This document shows, one piece after another, positions 45,301 to 57,046 of a stretch of DNA of 64,000 nucleotides (positions within the stretch are counted from its first letter, which is position 1; every line of letters begins with the position of its first letter). This DNA comes from Massalongia carnosa (lineage: Eukaryota), in assembly GCA_965645245.1 (NCBI GenBank), contig OZ287073.1, forward strand, positions 372,001 through 436,000, in the 5' to 3' direction. The position numbers and the translations under genes are program-made. The notes under the pieces were generated by a model that was not told where the DNA came from, made no database searches, and worked only from the letters and a program-made list of their open reading frames with translations.

Positions 45301-46780
45301 ACAGACGACTAGCACTACGGGGAACGATCCATGGATTGGGCATTATAGAATCTATTTACATATTATGAAGTTAGACGATCATGAATCTTGTAATATATCA
45401 AAGACCCGCACTGAAAGTGAACGAGAGGTTGAAGAGAATACTAACTAGTGAAATTAAGCCCCGTCGTTGCTTTAGCATTTTCGTTATCACTTATCTCAAG
45501 ACTTTTTCCGATCGACATATTTTCTCGACGTTTCGTGATTTTATCTACATTTAAGAATAAGAAGATTAGGTTTAACGTTGAAATTTATAAGTTATGAATT
45601 AACTGGCGGCGGAGCTGTAACTAAAATTCAAGTCTGACCTGATCGAGACTCATTTTCATGTGCTTGACAGGCCGACTTTTTCCAGCGTTGAAGCTCACCA
45701 AGAATGGCGTCATATCCTCGATCTTCTCGATTTGAGAACTTTGTCATGTCCTACGATGATTAACAGTAATACATTCAATGGCGTTACTGAAGTTACCATA
45801 TGATTTGCGTGAATGCCATAACAACTGTAACCCTTGATCTCTGCGGAATGCTGAGGCACAATCTAAATAACTCAGGGTCAGGATCTCCTGAAATGCGTTT
45901 GTTATCATACCTCTCCAACTCCAATCACACCGAGCTCTTCATAAAAGCATGTGATCGAGATTTCAGATCCTTCATCCTTTCTCAGCCTCAGAATATTATG
46001 AAAGCCTTTCTGCACCACCCGTAGCATTTCGGATCCTGGCTTCAGTATCTTTACGATGTCTTTATTTGCTCGCACAAGAATACCCGTCATCCGCGTCCCA
46101 AAGGTTGCCCACGATGCAAGATCGGCTCCATAATGCGGAACGCCGAGAAAAACCATTCCAGCCGCGCAACGCTCGATCTGATGAAGATATTCCTCGACGG
46201 CACTCCTCGACTGTCTGAGAGCGTCCTGAACAACAAGTCCACCGAGACTGTGAGCAACAAATAATATCTTTCTAGTTTCAGTGTTCGTCCGCTCTCGGTT
46301 TCGCACCAGCTCGCCGACCATATTCTCAGCATGATTACTCAGGCGACTGTTTGATGTGGGGTTCCAGAAGTTGGCGATATCTGCATCATAACCAAAGCTC
46401 AGGATGCGGACGTCTGGAAGGTCTTGCTTTAGAAGGTCGTTTGGCCAATGTACCCTTTTGTCTTTGTGAAGCCAGGTGGTGTACGAATTACCCGTCAATC
46501 CATGCACGAACACGATATCGACACGCGCCTCAGGGCCACCATCGTGTAACACTCTTACACCATAATTTTGGCCTTCTCCGATGGGCGCTGAAGGAACTGG
46601 TGTATTTGTCGCAGTCAATGTCTGACTGGTGATAGTTTGTGATGGATGATCGGTGAGTAGGTCTTGCGGCGCAACGTCTTCTGAAGAGTGCCCGCCGGAC
46701 GCTTCAGGAATTGGCGGGAACGCCGTCGGCAATGGTAACTGTGATCTGAACTTTTTAAAGCCCTTGAACTTGGAAGGCAT
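42386..46780 (-). CDS. Fungal NLR: SesB-like alpha/beta-hydrolase, NB-ARC, TPR; 6 exons, apparently intact
   Basis: DIVFVHGL, FVAHSLGG (nucleophile elbow), ANHMDMTKF; P-loop GIGGTGKS, Walker B LLIIDNAD, ILLTTR; 10 full and 1 partial ~40-aa TPRs. Five GT-AG introns splice in frame by hand. Confidence 0.93.
42490..43770 (-). repeat. 120-bp coding tandem repeat (TPR)
   Basis: GCTCGAGCAGCTTTATAGCTTCGTCGATTTGCC recurs at ~120-bp period; one unit has a 6-bp insertion. Confidence 0.95.
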
Positions 46781-46981
46781 CTTTGTTCAAGGTTTTGCGA
46801 TCTTGTAGTTGGAAGAGCGGGGGGAAACATGTGAAGAGGCTATAGCCTTGCAAGAAGACACAGTGCCTGTCTGATTGGCTGAGCTTATTGGCCAAGAAGA
46901 TAGAATTATGCGCCGCACTCCCCCCAATCATGAACGAGGGTGAACCTGTGTGGGTGAGCTGTAGTATGGTTCCCAATAAAC

Positions 46982-47294
46982 TGTTGGATGTTAGATGATG
47001 AGGCCACCATCATCATGGGCATCCATCATGAGCCTCGGGAGGTGCCTTGCAAAGTGCCTAAACAAGCAGAGATGGGAGACAAGGTCTGACCGTCAGGGGG
47101 ACAAGGTCTGACCGTCAGGAGGACAAGGTCTGACCGCCAGGAGGACAAGGTCTGACCGTCAGGGGGACAAGGTCTGACCTCCTAGATGTGACTGTTTTGT
47201 AACTGCTATATAAAGCAGACAAATAGCCCACATAGATAATTACCTTCAATGACAATCATGCTACTATACCTACAAAGTGAATTTATATTTCATA
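46982..47294 (+). mobile_element. Solo LTR with internal 22-bp tandem array
   Basis: Starts TGTTGG and ends ..TTCATA (terminal CA apparently mutated to TA); TSD TAAAC at 46977-81 and 47295-99; TATATAAA box; 4.6 copies of GACAAGGTCTGACCGTCAGGRG at 47078-47179. Confidence 0.8.
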
Positions 47295-47322
47295 TAAACC
47301 TCTTTTTGTAGTCAAGTAATTA

Positions 47323-48652
47323 CAGTACTAGGCCAAAAGTCTGCGGCCCCGCACCCCACCAACATTTCTATTCAATCAACAATCAACCACGTCACGATTG
47401 CTGAAATGTCTTGAAACTTTACATAATGATTACATACATACTGAACAAGAATTCCCCCAAAAATTAATTTTTAATATTTAGTATACCATCCTTCCGACGC
47501 TATACACGCTTTTATCCTCCTATTCATGCTCTCTATTAACCTCCTCATCATTTTCACATCTATCAACGTCCAGGCTTCTTCTAACGCTTTCCAAAGTACC
47601 TCACGAACAGTTTCATCACTGCCGATCACCAAATCTATGTTCTGGTTGACTTGATAGACGAGCTTTTTGAGCACATACCAAACGTGCTCGATGGGATTTA
47701 AATCAGGTGAATAAGGGGGCCAATCGATGACCTCTATGCCGTTCTCATTGAACCATTCCATCACCTTTTTAGCCTTATGTATAGGTGCGTTATCCTGCAT
47801 GAAAATGAGGCCCGGTTGCCAAATTCCAAGCAGATTATCGTTCAATAGTTCCATATATGAGTTTGCCGAGTACCCCATCTTCTTCGCAGCAAAATCACGA
47901 GCCAATTTGTAAAGATCTGACCTGTCATCTCCCCAAAAAGCTGCCCAGACCATGACACTGACTCCTTTGCCTTTGGGGACAGGTTGTATCATCTCTTTAT
48001 TCCATTTTTCTTTCGGCAATCTGAACACCCACTGACGCTGTTTTCCTGACCCCTTTTCCACCGAGCACTCATCTGACCATATAACTCTTGACCACTGCTC
48101 AAAAGTCCACTCACGCCGCAGCAAGCACTAATCCAATCGTTTCTTGGCCACCTCAGGCGTCAATAAAGGTCGTTTTTTAGCCACCCAGTTGGTTAAACCA
48201 TACAGTTTGAGTGCCCGATAAATAGTCGTACGACTGCAGCCGAGCCCCACTTCTAGTTTGATTTGTGCATAAGTGATTCGTGGATTGATTCGTGCATGCT
48301 TGATGATATAACGTCGATCGCGTTCTGACAGCACTTCAGGCCGTCCAGAACGTGATTTAGACACGCCGTCGTTGCGAATTGAGTGCTTCTGAATGGTGCT
48401 CTGCACGGTCGATTTAGTGAAATTAAGAGTCTTCCCAATCTCGGTCGGTATGTGCCCCAACGCCTGGGCCCCAACAATCATACCACGTTGATATGGCGTC
48501 AATTCAGTGTTACGAGGCCGATTACCACTTATGGGGGTCAAAGAAGCACGAAGCATGGTGAAATGATGAGGTGGAAGATAGGGGGTTGATGAGTTGAAAA
48601 CGCGAAATCACGAAAATTACGGGTTGGGCCGCAGACTTTTGGCACGGGACTG
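47323..48652 (-). mobile_element. Tc1/mariner (impala-like, DD34E) element, 1330 bp
   Basis: 27-bp imperfect TIRs CAGT..GCCAAAAGTCTGCGGCCC; TA flanks. Confidence 0.95.
47471..48556 (-). pseudogene. Tc1 transposase with one in-frame stop
   Basis: HTH, RSGRP, WSDE, QDNAP-x34-E (PDLNPIE); TAG at 48128-48130 where Trp is expected. Confidence 0.93.
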
Positions 48653-51357
48653 TAGTCCACAGCTTATCGTGTGATTATTCTATGACCCTTATTTATCACA
48701 ATGAAGCATCTCTTAGACAACCCCGTCTAAGATATGTTTTCCAACCGGCCAAGACCTTACGATCCCGTATTTCCATGGCCTCACTCACAAGGACGATCCA
48801 ATCCAATATTGCCGCCAATTCTCCATATCCGCGTCATGAAATCGTTCTACGGAGTCGCAACCTCGTCCTCGTCAATCTCCCAATCTCCCCTCTCCACCAT
48901 CTCGAGCCACTCTCAAAGATTTTGACTAATCGTTGAGCTCGCGTATCCACTACGCCAAACACTTGATATTCATGCTGATACAACTCCACAGAGTTCTCGG
49001 ACATCTTATTATTGCTCCTCTTCGCGAAATCGTGCTCGCCAACTCTGTAAGGCAGCATCAGTCGGACGCCGTTTCCCGCAATGTTTACGTCGCGATAATT
49101 GGAGGAATCGGTGTAAAGGCCTGACGATATAACGAGGACTTTTCGGTAGGCGAAGTCAAAAGGGTTTCCGTCGTCTTCGAGATCAAGGATCGAGGTGTAT
49201 TTGATCGCGCGGAAGAGGACGGGTGGAATAGGAATTCGGTCTTCGTCGTCGTTTGAAATAAACGTAAAGGGTTGAGAGAAGGCAAACGTAGCAGGATTCA
49301 AGAGCAGAATAAAGAGAGACAGAAAGATTGCTCTGATTTCAGGCGAAAAGAATAAGAGGTAGAGGAATTCAGCCTATTTATATGATAGATGTTATAAAGG
49401 GTAGGCGATACGGAATTGATGCATTGATACTTATGCTCTCAGCGGTTCTAAGAAAGCGCATATCTAATCGTTCATCGGAAGAAGGTATAATTAATTTCAA
49501 CGCTGGTATAATCAACTTATTTTATTTTCAAATTTTGTCTCAATCACTGTTTTATTTTACCTTCAACATTATCATCTTTTCTCCACTCTTTCATGAAATT
49601 TATTTCCCATGACCCCATTCTCTTTCGCAAACGAAACATGTTATTCATATTTTACGAATCCGAAACACACGAATAGTCACTTAAAACAAACCTTCTATCC
49701 TCGGGACAGAGAAGAAGCTATGCAGTAATTGTGCTAAAACTGATGAAAAAGAGACACGATATCGAAAAACGTCCGACGATAACCAAAAGAAAAAGCATAC
49801 TCTTGAAACTGCCATGAAATGCGCTGAACGATTATTATGTATGCGTGACCCCTAACCAACAACCACAACGGCAGAATCACAATAAACGCTGAAGATCTTG
49901 GAGAATAACACTTCCTTTGATCATTTATGTCGATTGGCCAGAGCAGAGAATGTTACAGACTGGAGCATGAGAAGCTTTAGAAATAGACTAATCATCGGAA
50001 AAATAGTTAGATCAGCCACACCGGGAGTGGTCAATCCAGATATGCTCTGCATGACCGGACTCGATCGCGTTAGGGGTGAAGCAGAAAATATAAGTTTTAA
50101 GAAATTCTCGTCTGTTTTTCCCTATTCTACTCTCGAAGCCTTCGTGCTGACCGGTGACGGGAAAAAAATGAATGCAACGGCCGTGCAGATCGTTTCTTGA
50201 CTCGAACGGAATGACTCGACTACATAGATAACAAGATAATAAAGAGCAGCTAGGACACGAATAGGTGGCGTCTTCGTAATCGGGCGTTTTTGTGTTATGT
50301 GTATACATTTTAGCCTCGAGTCTTGGTTAGTCAATTTGTGTCAATGTGCTTACAAGACTAGATCTCGAGACAGCTTTACGCCGAGTCTTGAAAGGATGTG
50401 TATTACACAGTCAGGAGATTTCTACGAATCAGCTTTCAAGGTCGATATGAAGCTGCACATGTATGTTTTGAGCTTATCATCGTTAAAGAAATGATTGATC
50501 AATGAAAACCATCCCGGTCCCTATCCGGCATCAAACAGATCGCTTCTGACCCTGCATTGATGATAACGACGACGCCTGCCAGGTTTCATATGTTCTAAAC
50601 TGTACATACATACAGAAAATGCCAAGAAAACGTTCCCTTTATCCACGCAGCAAGCCTACTCTATTTAGCCCCTAAATACTGGCTCAGACGCCCGAGACGA
50701 TGAGAGTCCTGGGGCATTTTCCTGTAGGTATGAGGGAGTCGACTGAGACTGCGAGGAGGGAGACACACGCGTCATTGCCGCCGACTGAAGGTGTTGAGGG
50801 TGGCAGACAGCAATCGTTGGCGGCAGGAAGCTAAAGGTACATAGGTCCCCGTTGCAGGAATCAACTGTTAGCTTGGCTGCTTGACTGCTGAGATAAGCTT
50901 TACAAGGCTGGACTAATATCTACTCGGTAGCTTCGAGCGTTTGGAAGTGAACGTACAATACTGATTGACTTACGTCTATCGTAAGCGAAAACGATCAACT
51001 ACTGGTGGCGTGGCACGATTACCGTCTCACGAGCACTAACATCTGTTCGCCTTGTCGCGATCGTTCCTTTGAATAGAATTCAAAGCATTTCAACCATTCT
51101 CTCCAATGGAAAAATGGGATGGGTCATATCCGTCACATGTGATGACTAGTTGGTAGGCTTTCAGATGTTTTGCTTAGGTCCGCAACTCTACAAGAACCTA
51201 CGACGTGAGAGCGCAGTACTGCAGAGGCCAGTGGGTAAAATAAGGGGGCAGACCTTGATACGAGAGGATGAACTTTCGACTGAAGAGACAGAACCAGATC
51301 ATTTACACCAAACCAATCGTCAGATCATGAATTCATCAACTCAACCCCCCCCCCCAT

Positions 51358-54300
51358 TCATTCAGTCTCCTCCTCCTCCCCCTCAGAAGGCGGCCCATCC
51401 GAATCATCACTCCCAAAATCCGGCTCCCCCACCATACCAATACCAACCCCATTGCTACCCAACGACAATGTCGCAGACAGAGTTCTCGCGAGCGCATCCC
51501 CATCCTCGATCGTAATTGGAACACCATGGCCCTCCTGAGCTGCAACCTGGGCCTGGGCCCTTAGATCGGCAAGAGAGAAACGCTGCCTGGCTGCTTTAGA
51601 TGCAGAGGAAGAGGAACCACCGGATAGTTGCGAAGCTGAGGTTTGGGATGAGGCTCGACTGTTCGTCGTTCGTCCCGTGGAGGCAGTGGTGGATGTAGTA
51701 GTGTTGGTGGTTTTGGCGCTATCAGCTCTGGCTAGAGCACTCTCTTCTCCATCCTCGCCGGTGTTGTACGGAGTTTCCTTGGTTGGCGTTTCCGGTGCGC
51801 GATCGTCGTGACCCGATAAAGCAACTTTGGGATCACTGGCGACAGCGAGACCACCATAACGACGCTCTTTGATGAGCTCAGCCCGCTTGTCAAGGCGTGT
51901 TTCTGATTTTGGATTCAGCGAATGGAATTTTATGATCACAGCTAGAGACGTACCATTGATCATATCCTCGGCGATCAAGCTTCTAGGGAAGCCGCTTATG
52001 GGATAAAAGCTTGTTTGCTCGCTGTGGATGCCCCTCATCCTTAGATAGATGTTCGTAGAGCTGAGCTGAGATGGCACATCTATACTAATGGGGTCATTGA
52101 AGTGGAATTCTGCTCGGTTGATCATGCCCTCAATCATGCTCTCTGTAATCGGTATCTATTGATGAGTTAGCGCAATTGCACCCTGGGAACTACAACCACT
52201 TGCTTGGTTTCTATCAGGGTCGCCGATGCCGTGTTTGACCGTGAAAAATGGCTGATAACCAGATGACTGCTGATGTCGTAGGTGGTCTCCTAAAGCGCGC
52301 ATATTGCTATGTGATTCGGAGAGTTTGCGTTCAAATCGACAAACAATTCTCCCTGCAAACAAACGGTCACAATAAGCATCGTGGAGGATGTGGAAAGCAA
52401 ATCATACCTGTACAAGTCCACGTCCCAGAAGCTTCATTGTACCAAAAGCGTTCCTTGGAAAAGTAGAATGTGCTAGCAACAAGCATGTGAGCTATCTTCT
52501 CAATGATGCTTCGATACTCGTCCGTTTTGAGCAGCCGGGTGCCCAAGTCTTGAAGCTCTGATAGCTTGTCTTTTTCATCCATATTGGGAGGTTCGCGCCA
52601 TAAGTCTAAGTTCACGCGGATGAAGCGCGATTCTTGCCCTTGTCCTTGCTTTGCATCGGACATGCCATTGCGAAATCGCCTCCACTCAAGCTCTGCATCC
52701 AGGATATTGTCGATTCGATTGACCTTTGATCTTGTTAGCGTTATACATGTCCGGTAGACACCATGTTCAGGTACGAAAGCATAAGGGGACACCGACAAGA
52801 ACACTGAAAAGTTTAGCTATTCGCTTGTAAGAGTTCCCTCGCTTCCATCTGGGCGTGTTTTTCCGCCTTGACTTTGCAGCCATATCCGGGTTGCTTGACC
52901 GTGTTGTTTGTTGTTGCCTGCCTGGAAGAGGGTCAAGCTCCGCTATCTGTTCTTCTAGCCGCCGACCGTATTTTCCGGTACCGAGAGAAAGGAGGATATC
53001 AGGAGGGTTTTCGGCGACGTCAGGCCACAAGAACTTCCTTTCGTGATTAGCAACGCTAGCCGGGTTGTTGTGATACAAAGCACCGTCAAGGTATGCCTTG
53101 ACAGGAAATCTGGTGGTTTTAAATGGCTTGAAGAATGATGGCGCTGCAGAAGTGGCACTCGCTGCCTCCCAGATCTGAAGATGGTGAGGAAACTCAAACC
53201 TGTAACTTGGCTCGCTCTCTTCGTGTCGACTATAGTTTGCCAAAACCAGCCCAGTTTCGCCGGTGCCAGAAGTAGCTGTTACGGCGACTTGAGTGGTGTA
53301 GCTCAGGTGTGCTTTCCGGCAACCGCCGTACAACAAATCGTCTCCAAAGGCTGAGCGAAGAGCCTCGCGGAGGGGTTTCGTCTTGTATTTGCTCCCGTGG
53401 CGCAAAGTTGTGGCCTCCTCAAGGCCAACAACATGGCTGAATTCTCGAGGAGTAAATGCTTGATCGCATAGTCTAACGAATTCAGTGACACACTGATTAA
53501 CAGTCCATTGTTTTACGCCAAGTCCAAGGGCTATGATACCACCGGTGCTAAAGGAGCGAGTCAGTAGCTGCTCAATTTCTAACTGGCGAAGTCATACCTT
53601 GTGCCCACAATGAGGTCAAAGAACGCTTGGATTGGGATCTTGCCACCAAGTGCCAACTCGATAGCTCTGAGAACCTCAAGTTCCAAGATACCACGCATGC
53701 CGCCGCTGAATCCAGTTAGCCAAAGCATACATTCTATACTCAAAAACACTACAAACCCATCGAGTGTGAGTATTCTCACGCCAGCATAATCTGGTTTAAA
53801 ATGGATGATCCACGGTCTGTCAAAGGTTTGGGTCGAATCAAGTGGGCAATAATCCATAAGCATTGAGTGAGAGTCATGTTGATAACCGTATGCTTTGATA
53901 CATCCGGTACACAGCACATGGCCACACTGCAAAGGATGCTCAGGAACTTCCATAAGGCAACAGTAGCAGGTAGTGAGACATATAATGTTAGATGCATTGT
54001 ACCCTTCGTAGGAGCGGAAGAAGCGTCCCATGCATTTTTTGTGAAGATCATACGCTAGAATTCTATCGTTGACAGTCAGAGGGTCGTCTTTTTTCGGCAC
54101 GGAAGCATTTCGTTTCTCTTGGAATTCGGCTTCGATTTCTCGCAACCGATTTTTGAGGAAGGTTTTCCATTGATCGGAGAAATTGAAAGACGAAAACGCA
54201 GACTCGTAGGGCCCAGATGAGATAATTTTGCCTCTAGCCGTCTGATGGCCTTTGGCAGTATGAGAAGATTTCACATTCACACAGGCCTTACCTTTTCTGC

Positions 54301-56278
54301 TGACAAAACTGCAGGGCCAGTATCTATCACAGAAATGTTCAAGCGCTGCAACACAAGAGTTTGCGTAGAACTTATCGAAGAGGTCCAATGCTTTGCCTAT
54401 CAAAAAGTATATCAGTCCAAGATCCCTCGATCCGTTATGGCGTATTCTTACCTGGTCTACTTGCTCTTATGCAATCAGTAAAAATACACGACGCGACCAT
54501 GGAACTAAGAATTCTGAAGAGGTGAGGACCATCACGTACATGCGTCACTCCTCTTATTTTGGCTGCCATGGCAAGGATGTGGTCTCCAAAGTCTCGAGGA
54601 ATAGGATTGTTTCGAAGAGCTACATCGACAAAATTGAACGGTTGATCTTCTTTTGTTGTGAAGTGGTCAAAGCCGGCCTGCAGGTATGCATCCAACTCCT
54701 CAACGTTGGATAACATATGTGCATCATCCTTCGCGCTGAAGGATGCGTCGCAGTGTAAGACAATCCGGTGGTGCAGCTTGTTGATCTGGGAATTGGTTAA
54801 CATGTAACGGCCTTTTTCCGGAATGCGGACGACGGATATGTCTGCATAATAGCAGCGGACAAGATCCAACATGTTGTTGATTTTTTTCCCTTTTTTACGC
54901 CAGTGTTCGGCATATTTGACAAAGAAGGAGTTTTCAAACACCGCGTTGGCGACATGTTGCATCAAGCGCTCAGTTGCTGTAAGGGGGTCCCATTCATCAT
55001 CATCGACGCTTGGATGTGTGGCGTTAAGCACAATGATTGCATTTGGGATTGTTGGTTGATTGATAGAAGATTCAAGCGACGTCGAAGCCCAATCAAGAAG
55101 TAGTGTAAGCGCAGAGGATTCAAAAGTCCTATCCCGTCAGTCTAGCGTGGCCCAAATCAGGGGGAAATTTACCTAGTGTTTCGCAGGACNNNNNNNNNNN
55201 NNNNNNNNNNNNNNNNNNNNNNNNNNNNNNNNNNNNNNNNNNNNNNNNNNNNNNNNNNNNNNNNNNNNNNNNNNNNNNNNNNNNNNNNNNNNNNNNNNNN
55301 NNNNNNNNNNNNNNNNNNNNNNNNNNNNNNNNNNNNNNNNNNNNNNNNNNNNNNNNNNNNNNNNNNNNNNNNNNNNNNNNNNNNNNNNNGAAGACGATGA
55401 CGTCCGAGAAGGTATATAGCAAGCGAGGATACACTCTTTTAACGGCCCACTCCCTATTTCTTGCATCACTGTTCGACTTCGCATAGACGAGCTCGCGTGG
55501 CTGGCCCTTGAAGAAGCGCTGTCGCCCTTGACTGTGAGTATTCTTGTTCTTTTGCCGCAACTTGTTGGCTGCAGGCTCCATTTCGCCGCCTTGTAGTCCT
55601 TCGCAGTCTGCGTATAGCATGGGCAGTCTGGTGTATGCAGTCTCCGGATCCGCATACAGATGGACGTCGCCAGAAGTTGGCGATTTGTCATGCTTCATGG
55701 AGCCAACCACGGGGCTTTCGAATGATGAATCCGCGTGCATTGGAAGCTTATGCTCTTTTAAAGATACAAGCATTTTGATCAGAGTGCTCTTTCCTGCTCC
55801 TAAAGTCCACGCATTAGATTCAGGAGAATGATCTGCACCAGAAAAAGCATTGCTCACCTGTCTCCCCAACAAACGAAACCAGTTGAGGGTATCGCACGCC
55901 AGAATTTGGTTGCTTCGTATCTGCCATGAGAGCAGCGAAGCGGCCATGATCCTGAAAAATAGGAGGGCCATTGAGGTCTTTTTCTATGCCAAACCAAGTA
56001 GTACTCTCATCTTCTTGGTGCAGGCGACTAAGCTCAGAGACACTCTCCGGTGGGTCAAGAATCCGTTTAAGCCGCTCATAAATTTCTTTGTCCGTCCTTT
56101 CGTGAGGAAGGCCATCAGGACCAGTCTTGCCAGGCTGATGTGGGCCTTGAATGTCCCAGCAAGATTCGCAATAGATCGAGCTGCAATTTAGGCAGAGTGA
56201 CTTAGGGATTGAGGCCGCACTCGTGCATCCAGACCCTTCACATCGAAGAACAGTCTGTGATTCTTTTAATGGAGCCAT
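51358..56278 (-). CDS. Large multi-exon patatin-like phospholipase with N-terminal Cys/His finger, P-loop domain and RING-like motif
   Basis: C..C..C..C..H N-terminus; spliced VSFVGETGAGKSTLIK; CYCC..CGHVLCTGC; patatin LDGGGMRG, GTSTG (across an intron), DGA. Spans the N gap. Confidence 0.88.
55190..55389. other. Assembly gap (200 N)
   Basis: Run of N. Confidence 1.
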
Positions 56279-56856
56279 TGGATCAGACTGCTTGAGAGGC
56301 ATTGGGAAAAACGTACACAAAATAAGTTGTACTTCAGCCTGATTTTTATCCCCAGAAGATGAGGCTCTGAGCAGCCGGTGCCACAAGGCTGTATCCTGCA
56401 TGTTAACGCCGGTTCACCCCATCCGTTCAGGGTGGATTCATCTAGACCACGTTTTGTCCACGCGATAGGCTTTCCAAAAATGAGCTATGATTCTTTAGAT
56501 TGTCTCCTAGCGCTGTAAACGTCCTGTCACAGCAGGTTCCCCACCTCCAGCTGGCATGAACTCCATCATGGAGAGTCGGCAACCGTCATGGGGTCTTCGT
56601 ATAGAAAAAGCTCCTTTTTCTGGGCTCCCAGTACCGACATTTGTGACAAGTTTGTTTCTAAAATTGATGAAGACCGTAATGCTGTTGTATTTCGCATTGA
56701 CCGACCGTGAGGCAGTGAAGAAGAGGACCTCATCGCGTCCTTTGAGGCATAATTTAGATCCTAGCATGATGGCCATGTTTGCTTGGGGGCTATGAGCAAT
56801 GGCCCAGAATTTCAGCGAATGGTTGCCAAAGCACTGTCCTAGTTAGTTTGTTGTGT

Positions 56857-57046
56857 TAATCGTGCTAAACCACTTTCGGAATGGAAGTACTCTAAGGGAT
56901 GCCCTTCCAATCCGAACGTGGTTTAGCGCGATTAAGCACTAATCGTGCCACACCACCGGTAATCGTTTTCGCTTACTAAAACGAGTACTGGTGGTGTGGC
57001 ACGATTAAGGGATTGCTCTTCCATTCCGAAAGTGTTCCCGATTAAG
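56857..57046. repeat. Cluster of short palindromic MITE-like hairpins
   Basis: Hairpins 56857-56934 and 56940-57007, both bounded by TAATCGTGC..GC(A/G)CGATTA; a half copy at ~50983-51021. Confidence 0.7.

Noticed and set aside
47078..47179. Short palindromic repeats resembling a CRISPR array
   Set aside because: Units are directly tandem with no unique spacers, lie in a eukaryotic LTR, and there are no cas genes.
48660..51150. Short ORFs including a Cys cluster (SCPSCSLLSCYLC, IBR-like)
   Set aside because: Too fragmentary to support a gene call.
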